Positions 34,498 through 42,622 of a stretch of 64,000 nucleotides of DNA are shown one piece after another. The stretch lies in the NCBI GenBank assembly GCA_016183305.1, contig JACPEW010000018.1:2280-66279 (forward strand), written 5' to 3'. The stretch's first letter is position 1; each line of letters starts with the position of its first letter. The notes under the pieces are model-generated. The model ran no database searches, was not told the DNA's origin, and saw nothing but the letters and a program-made list of their open reading frames with translations. This DNA is from Candidatus Daviesbacteria bacterium (GTDB lineage Bacteria; Patescibacteriota; Microgenomatia; Daviesbacterales; UBA10151). The translations under genes were made by a program, and so were the position numbers.

Positions 34498-34848
34498 TTA
34501 CAAGCCTTGAAGGTCTTGGTCAACTGAGGAAAATTCGCTATCTAAAGCAGTTTCTACACTGATACTATTAAGATCTTCTTCAAGGTTTTCTTCAACAGCT
34601 GGCATCGGAGTTTGAATTTGAGTAATGGCTGCAGGTTGTTCCTCTGTAGCAGCTTGTTGTCTGCTGCTCATCAGGAAATAAATTCCTGCCACTAAAGCAA
34701 TTACCACTACAAAACCTACTATTAACCAAAGTACCATTTTTTTGGAATCTCCAGCTGGAGGGGCAGCAACAGGAGTTTGGGTAGGTGGTTGCTGAGGAGA
34801 AGGTTGCGGTGCCGGATTAGGAGCAACAGTAGGATTATTGCTGTCCAC
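34498..34848 (-). CDS. Pro-rich single-pass membrane protein
   Basis: Pro/Gln-rich N-terminus, one TM helix and an acidic C-tail. Confidence 0.4.
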   Translation of the reverse strand: MDSNNPTVAPNPAPQPSPQQPPTQTPVAAPPAGDSKKMVLWLIVGFVVVIALVAGIYFLMSSRQQAATEEQPAAITQIQTPMPAVEENLEEDLNSISVETALDSEFSSVDQDLQGL

Positions 34849-35491
34849 TTGAGGTTGCCTCCTTGGCAGATTTTGCTACCCTGATAGCATTTGCTATTGC
34901 CTGTTTTGTGTTTATAACCAGTTTTCTTACTGTTTGAAGGTCACTGTGGAGCTTATCCCGCTGTGTTTTTGCATCTGTTTTAACTTTAGCTTCAGTGGAA
35001 ACTACAATTGTATAATCATTTTGAGCTTGGGTTAAAATAGCAGCAGAGGTAGAAGCCCAGGTTTGTCTTGCTGAAGTGATAGCTGTTCTAGCAGCAGCTG
35101 GATCTTTAATATCAGGTCTACCCTCATTTGCCCTGGTTTCTAATTTGTCTAAAATTCCTGACATAATAACTAAATGTTTTTGCATCTGAACTGTTTGATT
35201 TTGGTTGATCATATTTAAATTAGTGCTGATTCTAGCTGCTGCAGTGGCTTTTTCTTTATTTCTAAAGGTGGCTAACTTAGTTTTAAGGGCTGCTTCTCTG
35301 GATGCTTGGTTTTCTGTTACAAAAGCTATTTTTTGTTCTACTTTTTCTTTTCTTATCTCTTTTGCTTCCCTAGCTCTTTGCAAAAGCTTTTCCCTGGCAG
35401 TGCTTGAGGTGGTTGAATCTTGAGCTAAAACAGGGTAAACAGCAAGAACCAGTAGAAAAAAACCTAGAAAAAATAGAAGGAATTTGGACAT
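34835..35491 (-). CDS. Secreted alpha-helical/coiled-coil protein
   Basis: Signal peptide MSKFLLFFLGFFLLVLAVYPVLA followed by a K/E/A-rich helical sequence. Confidence 0.45.
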   Translation of the reverse strand: MSKFLLFFLGFFLLVLAVYPVLAQDSTTSSTAREKLLQRAREAKEIRKEKVEQKIAFVTENQASREAALKTKLATFRNKEKATAAARISTNLNMINQNQTVQMQKHLVIMSGILDKLETRANEGRPDIKDPAAARTAITSARQTWASTSAAILTQAQNDYTIVVSTEAKVKTDAKTQRDKLHSDLQTVRKLVINTKQAIANAIRVAKSAKEATSSGQQ

Positions 35492-35523
35492 TGTTCTTAC
35501 TTTAACAAACATTAGTTTTTCTG

Positions 35524-36408
35524 TCAATCTATCACTCCTAAAATATAAGCCTGCAGAGGTTCAAAGATGCTGCGCTCCTTGCAGGCTTCTTTTAAAGCTT
35601 CAATATCTTCTGTTGAGAGGGTGGTATTTTGGTTGGTTTTATAGTACATAATAGCTTTAGAATTATTGTTATGAGGTAAAGCCAAAGCATGACCCAGCTC
35701 ATGAGCTAAGGTGTGAACTAATTCATTTTTATTAATATTAAAGTAAATCTCAATTCTGTTCTCTGGACTTTTAAATATCCCTTCTTCTGGTCTTTCTTCC
35801 AAAGTTTCATTAAAAGAAGAAATAGTCTGATTTAGTTTACTTACTTCCAAATTATATTGGTCTGTGGAGAGGTTTAAATCATCAGCCATAGTGTTTAAGC
35901 TACTGGCTTCCTGCCGGAGCTTTTGCTGCTGGTCAACAAGCTTTTGATATTCTTCAGGTGGTGCCCCTCCCTGGTTATTCCAATATCCGATCTGGTTATT
36001 AAGGGCATCTATTTTTGTTTTAAATTCTGCAGATAGTTTTTGATATTCACTAATTTTAGGTTTGAGTGTTTGCTTTTCTGATTGGACATTATTTTCTAAT
36101 TGGTTTATTTGGTTTGTTAGAAATTGCCTGCCATCATAAATTAAATTAATGCTTAAATCTCCTTCATGATCATAAAGAAATAGGCTTTTTTCATAATTTG
36201 TATTCCAAATTTGAGCAGCCTGATTGGTACTGGATAAAAATTCTTCTCTTGATAAATTAAACTTAGGGTCAACAGTATCAACCCGGTAGCGGATTGGTTT
36301 ATCACACCAAGAATAAGAAAAAACATTAGCTAGTAAAGCGGGAGGGTAGCTGATTGCCCAAACAAAAAAAGCAGTTAGAAACAAAGTTAAGGCAACAACT
36401 ATCTTCAT
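35524..36408 (-). CDS. Metzincin (matrixin-like) zinc metalloprotease with inserted coiled-coil region
   Basis: HELGHALALPH zinc motif followed by a Met-turn-like AIMYY. An N-terminal signal is present. Confidence 0.75.
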   Translation of the reverse strand: MKIVVALTLFLTAFFVWAISYPPALLANVFSYSWCDKPIRYRVDTVDPKFNLSREEFLSSTNQAAQIWNTNYEKSLFLYDHEGDLSINLIYDGRQFLTNQINQLENNVQSEKQTLKPKISEYQKLSAEFKTKIDALNNQIGYWNNQGGAPPEEYQKLVDQQQKLRQEASSLNTMADDLNLSTDQYNLEVSKLNQTISSFNETLEERPEEGIFKSPENRIEIYFNINKNELVHTLAHELGHALALPHNNNSKAIMYYKTNQNTTLSTEDIEALKEACKERSIFEPLQAYILGVID

Positions 36409-36460
36409 TAGTATTAATTCTAAAGAAAGAGGCAGACTATATCAAGTTCCGGTAGTATTT

Positions 36461-36640
36461 TTATGGCTTATGACCTACAATCAGGTTGTCTGTAAACCAG
36501 GAACCAGTGAATTTGTTAGCCTTTTTTGCCTGAGAAATATCTAATTTTGGTTTATCTATAGGAGCTGTCCATAAAGTAAATAGAGCTCCAAATATAGAAT
36601 CATTAAACATTTTTTTGAAGCTGGATTTTAAGTTAGGCAT
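36461..36640 (-). CDS. Hypothetical 59-aa protein
   Basis: This ATG ORF falls below the track cutoff. No motif was recognised. Confidence 0.25.
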   Translation of the reverse strand: MPNLKSSFKKMFNDSIFGALFTLWTAPIDKPKLDISQAKKANKFTGSWFTDNLIVGHKP

Positions 36641-36645
36641 ATTGT

Positions 36646-36774
36646 TTGCTCAGTTGAAGGGTAGGACCAAGAAACTAATTGGCAGATTTTTTTGATTTTG
36701 ATTGCCGTGCTATCTTGTCAGTACTTAATAAATAAATTTACCAAGTATTTCCTACCCTCAACCTAAGTGAGCAA
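36646..36774. repeat. Imperfect long inverted repeat in an intergenic region
   Basis: TTGCTCAGTTGAAGGGTAGGA (36646..36666) faces TCCTACCCTCAACCTAAGTGAGCAA (36750..36774). The terminal 7 and 9 bp are complementary. Confidence 0.5.
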
Positions 36775-36871
36775 TTTATATAATAACTGGGATCTTTTTA
36801 CAGTAATTTTCCTTACTTAGAAATTGTAATTAAAATAACATTTTGTGAAAACTAAATTATTTTTTAGCTTT

Positions 36872-37120
36872 TTATTTTCTTTCAATAGTAATGGAGCACT
36901 CCGTAACAAGGGCTGCTATTGCTCCTACTGCAGCTAAAACAGGGGCTATTAAGGTTCCCACCACGCCAATAGTTAAAGGAAATTGGACTAAAGTTTGGCC
37001 TTCTTTATTTTTAATAGTAATGCTTCTAATATTACCCTCATGGATTAGGTCCTTCACCTTTTTCAAAAGATCTTCCCCTTTAACTTTATATGTTTCAGAC
37101 TTAGTATTTTTCTTTGCCAT
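36872..37120 (-). CDS. DUF4342-like small protein
   Basis: YKVKGEDLLKKVKDLIHEGNIRSITIKNKEGQTLVQFPLTIGVVGTLIAPVLAAVGAIAALVTECSITIER matches my recollection of the DUF4342 pattern. Confidence 0.6.
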   Translation of the reverse strand: MAKKNTKSETYKVKGEDLLKKVKDLIHEGNIRSITIKNKEGQTLVQFPLTIGVVGTLIAPVLAAVGAIAALVTECSITIERK

Positions 37121-37278
37121 ATTTTAAAATTATATCACTATTTTAGTATGCTATACTTTACAATCACTAGCAGAAAACCCCGCTTTCTTAAAGCAGGGAT
37201 GAATGCTTTTGTGATTACAGTCTTCCGCGGAGCAGGTGGTAGATCTGGATAGGGTTTTCTGTAGCCTCTTGTAAACTT

Positions 37279-37482
37279 TCAAAGAAAACCGCGGGCTTTC
37301 AGTCTGCGGAAGTTTATAGAACCTTTTAAAGAAAGAAAATCTACAACTGGTTTAATTGGGGCTTCATTATTATCTTTAAGTTCAAATACAATCTCAGTAT
37401 TAGGCAAAATACCTAATCTTTTGCGGATCAGTGCAGGAATTGTGGCTTGTCCTTTTTGAGTTATTGAAGTAGTAAATTGCAT
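37279..37482 (-). CDS. AbrB/MazE/SpoVT-type antitoxin-like DNA-binding protein (orphan)
   Basis: QKGQATIPALIRKRLGI is a swapped-hairpin motif. No toxin ORF follows. Confidence 0.65.
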   Translation of the reverse strand: MQFTTSITQKGQATIPALIRKRLGILPNTEIVFELKDNNEAPIKPVVDFLSLKGSINFRRLKARGFL

Positions 37483-37539
37483 GTTATTACTCCATCAAAT
37501 AAGTATTACTTTATCAATAGTGTAATACAAAATCTCTTT

Positions 37540-37615
37540 TGGCGCCCCCAGAGGGATTCGGACCCCCGGCCTAATCGTTAGAACCGATTTGCTCTATCCA
37601 CTGAGCTATAGGGGC
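37540..37615 (-). tRNA. tRNA-Arg (anticodon TCT), CCA encoded
   Basis: The reverse complement reads GCCCCTATAGCTCAGTGGATAGAGC...GTTCTAA...GGTCCGAATCCC...GGGGGCGCCA. Confidence 0.9.
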
Positions 37616-37749
37616 ATTTCACCCCGATACACATCGGGACTCAATGTAAATTATACAGGGGTTATTTTACCAATTCGGAACTTATTTAGCAAAGCGGACA
37701 ATATCCTACCTAGTACGTACCCGAAGCGGGTAACAAGGTAGAAATGAGG

Positions 37750-38709
37750 CTACACCCAGGGTTTTTCTATAGTCTGTAAATAAACCACCAGTTTCTTTAA
37801 GCCTTCTTCTAGACTGACCTTAGGCTCCCAGCCCAAAATAGTCCTGGCTTTGGTGATATCCGGGCAACGTCTAGTTGGATCATCTTGGGGCATATCTTGA
37901 ACAAACGATACTACTGAAGAAGCGTTTGTTAACTGCTTAACTTTCTCAGCCAGTTCCAAAATAGTAAACTCATCAGGATTTCCTAAATTATATACTTCCC
38001 CGCTATGGCCTTTTTCCATAGCTGCAATAATTCCTTCTATCAAGTCTGATACAAAGCAAAAAGATCTGGTTTGTGTGCCATCTCCAAAAACAGGAAAAGG
38101 CTTATTCTGTAGAGCAGCATTAACAAATTCAATCACTACCCTGCCATCTGAGTCCATCCTTGGTCCATAAGTATTAAAAATCCTTACTATCCTGCCATCT
38201 AGACGCCCGGAATAGGCAAAAGCAGAAACTATAGTTTCCCCAAATCTTTTTGCCTCATCATAAACAGCCCTTGGTCCTGTGGTAGAAACATTGCCTTTAT
38301 AATCCTCCTTTTGAGGGTGTTCTAAAGGATCACCATAAACTTCTGAGGTAGAAGCAAATAAAAATTTTGCTCCTCTTGCCAAAGCTTCGCTGCATAAATT
38401 CCAAGTCCCAAAACTATTAACCTGCATTGTTTCAAAAGGTAAAGCTTGATAGCTTTTAGGATTATTTTTATTAGGAGATGCAGGAGAAGCCAGGTGGCAA
38501 ATAGCATCAAAATCTAAATCCTGGGGAAAAGAGTCTGAAGCATCAGCCTGAACAAATTCAAAATCAGGGCTGTTTTGTAAGTGAGCAATATTAAAAGGGT
38601 TACCAGTTAAAAGATTATCTATGCAAATTACTTGATGGTCAAGTTCAATTAATTTATCACAAAGGTGAGATCCTAAAAACCCAGCCCCTCCAGTAACAAC
38701 TATTCTCAT
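37750..38709 (-). CDS. UDP-glucuronate decarboxylase / UDP-xylose synthase-like SDR
   Basis: VTGGAGFLGSHL, YDEAKR and the overall UXS-like sequence. Confidence 0.85.
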   Translation of the reverse strand: MRIVVTGGAGFLGSHLCDKLIELDHQVICIDNLLTGNPFNIAHLQNSPDFEFVQADASDSFPQDLDFDAICHLASPASPNKNNPKSYQALPFETMQVNSFGTWNLCSEALARGAKFLFASTSEVYGDPLEHPQKEDYKGNVSTTGPRAVYDEAKRFGETIVSAFAYSGRLDGRIVRIFNTYGPRMDSDGRVVIEFVNAALQNKPFPVFGDGTQTRSFCFVSDLIEGIIAAMEKGHSGEVYNLGNPDEFTILELAEKVKQLTNASSVVSFVQDMPQDDPTRRCPDITKARTILGWEPKVSLEEGLKKLVVYLQTIEKPWV

Positions 38710-38744
38710 GTTTTAATTGTATATTGTATATTACCAATTGTACA

Positions 38745-40067
38745 TTAAATTTTAAACCTTCTGTCCGAAAGAAAGGGGTTAGGTTGTCTCCATATTGAGG
38801 AGGAACCTAATAATATTCCCCTTTGCAAGGTAAATTCTCCATATTTATTATTAATTTGATCCAAGGCTTTGGTAATTATTTCTCTTTTCTTAACTTCTAC
38901 TAAAAAGCTTAAATTTTGAGGAGTTTGGGATTTTAAATTAGAAATAGAAACTCCAATCATTCTAATTTTTTCACCACTCCAGATCTGATTAAAAATTTTC
39001 CAAGCTGCATTAAAGATTTCCAGCCCATCACTAGTCCATAAAATAGTTTGTTGCATTCCATTGCTTTCAAAATCAACCTCTCTGTACCAGCAATGGATTG
39101 TTTTAGCTGTTAATTTTTTGGCCCGGAGTTTTCTGGCTATTAATTCTGTGAGTTTTAATAATATTTGCTTAATTTCTAATAAGTTATCAGTATCATGATC
39201 AATAGTATGCCTGTGGCCAATTGATTTAACTTCTTCTTTTTCATAGAAAGGTACAACAGGAGAATAATCTATGCCCCTGGCCATATTGTAAAGAGTTTGG
39301 CCATAACTTTTAAAAGAAGCAAGTAAGGCTTTTAAAGGAGCTTTTCTTAAGGTTTTAAAATCAAAAATTCCTAAGTTATTTAGTCTTTTTTTAATCCTGG
39401 ATCCAATTCCACAAATGTCATCTAAGGCAATTTTATCTAAAACTTTTATAGCAGTTTCTTGATCAGGAATCACTACTAAACCATCTAGTTTTTGTAAAGA
39501 ACCAGCCAGTTTTGCCATTAATTTGTTATACGAGATACCAATAGAACAGGTAATATATTCCCCTATTTCTGATTTGATCCTTCTTTTAATCTCTAAGGCT
39601 ATATTTTTTGTCATTGCGGGAAACGAATCTTCGAGTGACGAAGCAATCCTTTTCTTTGTCATCCCAGACTTGATCTGGGATCCATATAAATAATTGTCTA
39701 TATAGATTCCCACTTTCGTGGGAATGACAGGAGAAGGCATTTCTAAAAATGCTTCATCTATAGAAAACACTTCTAGGTATGGGCTGTAGTCTTTTAGGAT
39801 GGTCAAAAAACGCTTAGTTGTCTCTGAATATTTATCAGAGTCTCCAGAAACAAGAATAATTTGTGGGCAAAGTTTTTGAGCCTCCCAAATCTGCATACCA
39901 GTTTTTACCCCAAACCTTTTAGCCTCTACAGAAGCTGCCCCTAAAACAGTTCTTTTCATCCTGTCTCCACCTGTTATTCCAATTGGTTTGCCACGGAGTC
40001 TTGGATTGGCTTGTTGTTCTACTGTGGCAAAATAGCTATTAAAATCAATATGTAAAATAACTCTCAT
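38745..40067 (-). CDS. dinB: DNA polymerase IV (Y-family) carrying a 40-codon palindromic-element insert
   Basis: ILHIDFNSYFATVE, SIDEAFLE and SIGISYNKLMAKLA are present. The insert lies at 39610..39728, between the DEAF motif and the next conserved helix. The start is set at MRVILH. Confidence 0.85.
   Translation of the reverse strand: MRVILHIDFNSYFATVEQQANPRLRGKPIGITGGDRMKRTVLGAASVEAKRFGVKTGMQIWEAQKLCPQIILVSGDSDKYSETTKRFLTILKDYSPYLEVFSIDEAFLEMPSPVIPTKVGIYIDNYLYGSQIKSGMTKKRIASSLEDSFPAMTKNIALEIKRRIKSEIGEYITCSIGISYNKLMAKLAGSLQKLDGLVVIPDQETAIKVLDKIALDDICGIGSRIKKRLNNLGIFDFKTLRKAPLKALLASFKSYGQTLYNMARGIDYSPVVPFYEKEEVKSIGHRHTIDHDTDNLLEIKQILLKLTELIARKLRAKKLTAKTIHCWYREVDFESNGMQQTILWTSDGLEIFNAAWKIFNQIWSGEKIRMIGVSISNLKSQTPQNLSFLVEVKKREIITKALDQINNKYGEFTLQRGILLGSSSIWRQPNPFLSDRRFKI
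39610..39728. repeat. Composite (about 1.5 copies) palindromic element inside dinB
   Basis: GTCATTGCGGGAAACGAATCTTCGAG...GTCATCCCAGACTTGATCTGGGATCC...CCCACTTTCGTGGGAATGAC. Confidence 0.75.
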
Positions 40068-40074
40068 ATTTATT

Positions 40075-40105
40075 GTCATTCTTCACTCTCCGGGTTCAGG
40101 ATGAC
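40075..40105. repeat. Minimal 31-nt palindromic element
   Basis: GTCATTCTTCACTCTCCGGGTTCAGGATGAC, located between dinB and the upstream ORF. Confidence 0.55.
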
Positions 40106-40108
40106 AAT

Positions 40109-40351
40109 TCACATCTCTTCTACAGCTTCCAAAGACCACTTCATTCTATTGACATCAAACTTTAATCTATAAAAGTTATCTCCAGAACTGATAGAAAAGT
40201 GATAAAATAGCCAAGCGCCATTTTTAGAAGTGTGAATCAGGTTGATTTTGTCTACTTTAATTTGTCTACCGCGCCAGTAAAATGAATAAGGCTGAATTAT
40301 GTTGTTTTTGAAAAAGACCCAAACATTAATAGTTTCTTGTATTTCTAGCAT
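40109..40351 (-). CDS. Hypothetical small protein upstream of dinB
   Basis: 80 aa with no recognised motif. It is co-oriented with dinB. Confidence 0.4.
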   Translation of the reverse strand: MLEIQETINVWVFFKNNIIQPYSFYWRGRQIKVDKINLIHTSKNGAWLFYHFSISSGDNFYRLKFDVNRMKWSLEAVEEM

Positions 40352-40388
40352 AATTTTAATATATACCGAATAAAACCCAAATATCAAT

Positions 40389-40510
40389 ATGGAAGTTAAA
40401 ATTCAAAATTCAAAATTCAAAAATTCAATTCAAAAGTTAAAATTTTTAAAAACTTTTAAATTTTTCCTTGTACTTTTGACTTTTAACTTTTTACTTTTGA
40501 CTTTACCTAC
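40389..40510. repeat. AAATTCAAAA / TTTTGACTTTT imperfect palindromic repeat
   Basis: The left arm has aaaattcaaaattcaaaattcaaaaattcaattcaaaagttaaaa, and the right arm has cttgtacttttgacttttaactttttacttttgac. Confidence 0.65.
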
Positions 40511-42176
40511 TCCTGCCTATGCTATTACCGATCCTCTCTCTGTTGTCAATAATAAATTTGGTATTCATCTTATCCAAGCTGCTGTTGAAGAATCCTCTCC
40601 TGCAGCAGATTTAGTTAATAGTTCTGGTGGTGATTGGGGTTATATTACTGTTTTAGTTGAAAGCAAGGATAGGAATCATGGTAAATGGCAGGAATTTTTT
40701 AATGATTTAAGAAAGAGACATATTATCCCTATAGTTAGGCTTGCTACCCAACCAGATGGTAATTTTTGGAAAAGGCCATATGAAGGAGAAGAACAAGCCT
40801 GGGCTGATTTTTTAGATGCTTTAAATTGGCCAACAAAAAACCGTTATGTAACTATTTATAATGAGCCAAACCATGCTACAGAATGGGGAAATTTAGTTGA
40901 CGCTAAATCTTATGCAGAAATATTAGATAAGACTATCACAGCGCTAAAAAATAAAAATAGAGATTTTTTTGTACTCAATGGAGGATTTGATGCTTCTGCT
41001 CCTTCAAAACCACCCTTTCATGAAGACCAATTAGTTTTTATGAAGCAAATGAATGAAGCAGTTTCTGGCATTTTTGAGAAATTAGATGGTTGGGTCTCCC
41101 ACTCTTATCCTAATCCTGAATTTGCAGGTTCACCAGATGCTGTAGGAAGAGGGACTATAAGGACCTGGTTTTGGGAAATACAACAGCTTAAAAATTTAGG
41201 AGTTAGCAAAAATTTACCAATATTTATTACAGAAACAGGCTGGAAGCATGCTGAAGGGTTAAATTATAATTCCTATTTTCCTGATACGGATACTGTCAGT
41301 AAATATTACCAGCAAGCATTTAATTCAGCCTGGAATAACAACAGGATTGTGGCTATAACTCCTTTTTTATTAAACTATCAAGAAGCTCCTTTTGATCATT
41401 TTTCTTTCAAAAAATCAAATAAGGATAAACAAAGCAAAGATTCTTCTGATTATTATTCTATCTATCCGGCAATCCAAAATTTATCTAAAACAAAAGGTAA
41501 GCCTGTTCAGCAAACAGAGGCAGAGTTAGTAAAAGGTGAAATCTACAGCTCAATTGTTTCAGGAGAAGTTTATAATATTGCCCTAACTTTTAAAAATACT
41601 GGGCAATCAATTTGGAATGATAGAGACCCTGTGAGACTAATGCCACTAACAGGAGGGAAGGAGTTAGGGATTGAAGCAGTAGAGTTACCTAAAGATAAAA
41701 AAATTGAGCCCGGGCAGCAGTATTCTTTTGAGTTAAATATGAAGGCTCCTGAAAGTGGAGTTTATACAATTACCTTGAATTTAAAGGAAGGAGATAAGCA
41801 ATTTAGCTCCTCCCCTATTCAGTTTACTACAGAAGTTAAATCTCCAGTAGTTCTGAAGGTAATGGGAGTTTTGGGATGGAAAAAAGATTTTTCCGGGGAT
41901 TATATTCTAAAAATTAAAGGAGCTACAGGAGAAAGTGCCCAAAATATAATTTTAAATAAAAAGGGAATTTCTAAAGAAATAGAAGCAAGGTATTTGCTGC
42001 CTGATTATTCCTTTAAATTTTCCTTGGAAAAACCATACTATGTCACTCAAACAATTAATCAACAAGTTTATGCTGGAGTTAATACCCTAAACTTTGGTAC
42101 CCTGCAGCCTGATTTATTACCAGCAATTTTAAATCCAGCACAATTTTGGCAGCTGCTCCCTTTTTCCAATAAATGA
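40389..42176 (+). CDS. Secreted clan-A (GH5-like) glycoside hydrolase with C-terminal Ig/NBR1-like domains
   Basis: IYNEPNH is a candidate acid/base NEP motif and IFITETGW a candidate nucleophile. The signal peptide ends in AYA. The N-terminus is built from a repeat element. Confidence 0.55.
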   Translation: MEVKIQNSKFKNSIQKLKFLKTFKFFLVLLTFNFLLLTLPTPAYAITDPLSVVNNKFGIHLIQAAVEESSPAADLVNSSGGDWGYITVLVESKDRNHGKWQEFFNDLRKRHIIPIVRLATQPDGNFWKRPYEGEEQAWADFLDALNWPTKNRYVTIYNEPNHATEWGNLVDAKSYAEILDKTITALKNKNRDFFVLNGGFDASAPSKPPFHEDQLVFMKQMNEAVSGIFEKLDGWVSHSYPNPEFAGSPDAVGRGTIRTWFWEIQQLKNLGVSKNLPIFITETGWKHAEGLNYNSYFPDTDTVSKYYQQAFNSAWNNNRIVAITPFLLNYQEAPFDHFSFKKSNKDKQSKDSSDYYSIYPAIQNLSKTKGKPVQQTEAELVKGEIYSSIVSGEVYNIALTFKNTGQSIWNDRDPVRLMPLTGGKELGIEAVELPKDKKIEPGQQYSFELNMKAPESGVYTITLNLKEGDKQFSSSPIQFTTEVKSPVVLKVMGVLGWKKDFSGDYILKIKGATGESAQNIILNKKGISKEIEARYLLPDYSFKFSLEKPYYVTQTINQQVYAGVNTLNFGTLQPDLLPAILNPAQFWQLLPFSNK

Positions 42177-42337
42177 ACAGATTCTTGTTCCCTTAATAAA
42201 ATTGGTATAGTTTGATCCATTTTGTCCTAATTGACGTAGGAGCTAATTACTTATATAATAGTTAGACTTGTTAAAAACCTTATCGCAAGATCTGGTTTTA
42301 CATTAGCCTAAAAACTAAATTGACAGGTTCTCTAAGG

Positions 42338-42359
42338 AAGCCCCGTAAGGGGCTTTTTT
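42338..42359 (+). terminator. Rho-independent terminator
   Basis: AAGCCCC-GTAA-GGGGCTT followed by a T-run. Confidence 0.8.
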
Positions 42360-42388
42360 AGATCTGAATGTCTAAATGACATTCAGAT

Positions 42389-42439
42389 GGGTTAACAACT
42401 TTTTATCTGCGGAGCAGAAATATAATAATAAGTTAACCC
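42389..42439 (+). repeat. GGGTTAAC...GTTAACCC hairpin element upstream of tRNA-His
   Basis: The 8-bp outer stem encloses the small hairpin TCTGC-GGA-GCAGA. Confidence 0.6.
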
Positions 42440-42496
42440 AGTCTGTTGTCTCCAAGTAGCATAATTTCTCATATTTAGGTAAAATAAGGGCTAGAT

Positions 42497-42573
42497 GGTG
42501 ATCGTAGCTCAATGGTAGAGCACCAGATTGTGGATCTGGCGGTTTGCGGGTTCAAATCCCGTCGATCACCCCA
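42497..42573 (+). tRNA. tRNA-His (anticodon GTG) with G-1 and encoded CCA
   Basis: The extra 5' G pairs with C73. The anticodon loop is TTGTGGA and the T-loop TTCAAAT. Confidence 0.9.
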
Positions 42574-42622
42574 AGTCCTATAGTTGACTTTTTATCACCG
42601 AATTAATTATAATCCTATTCCT

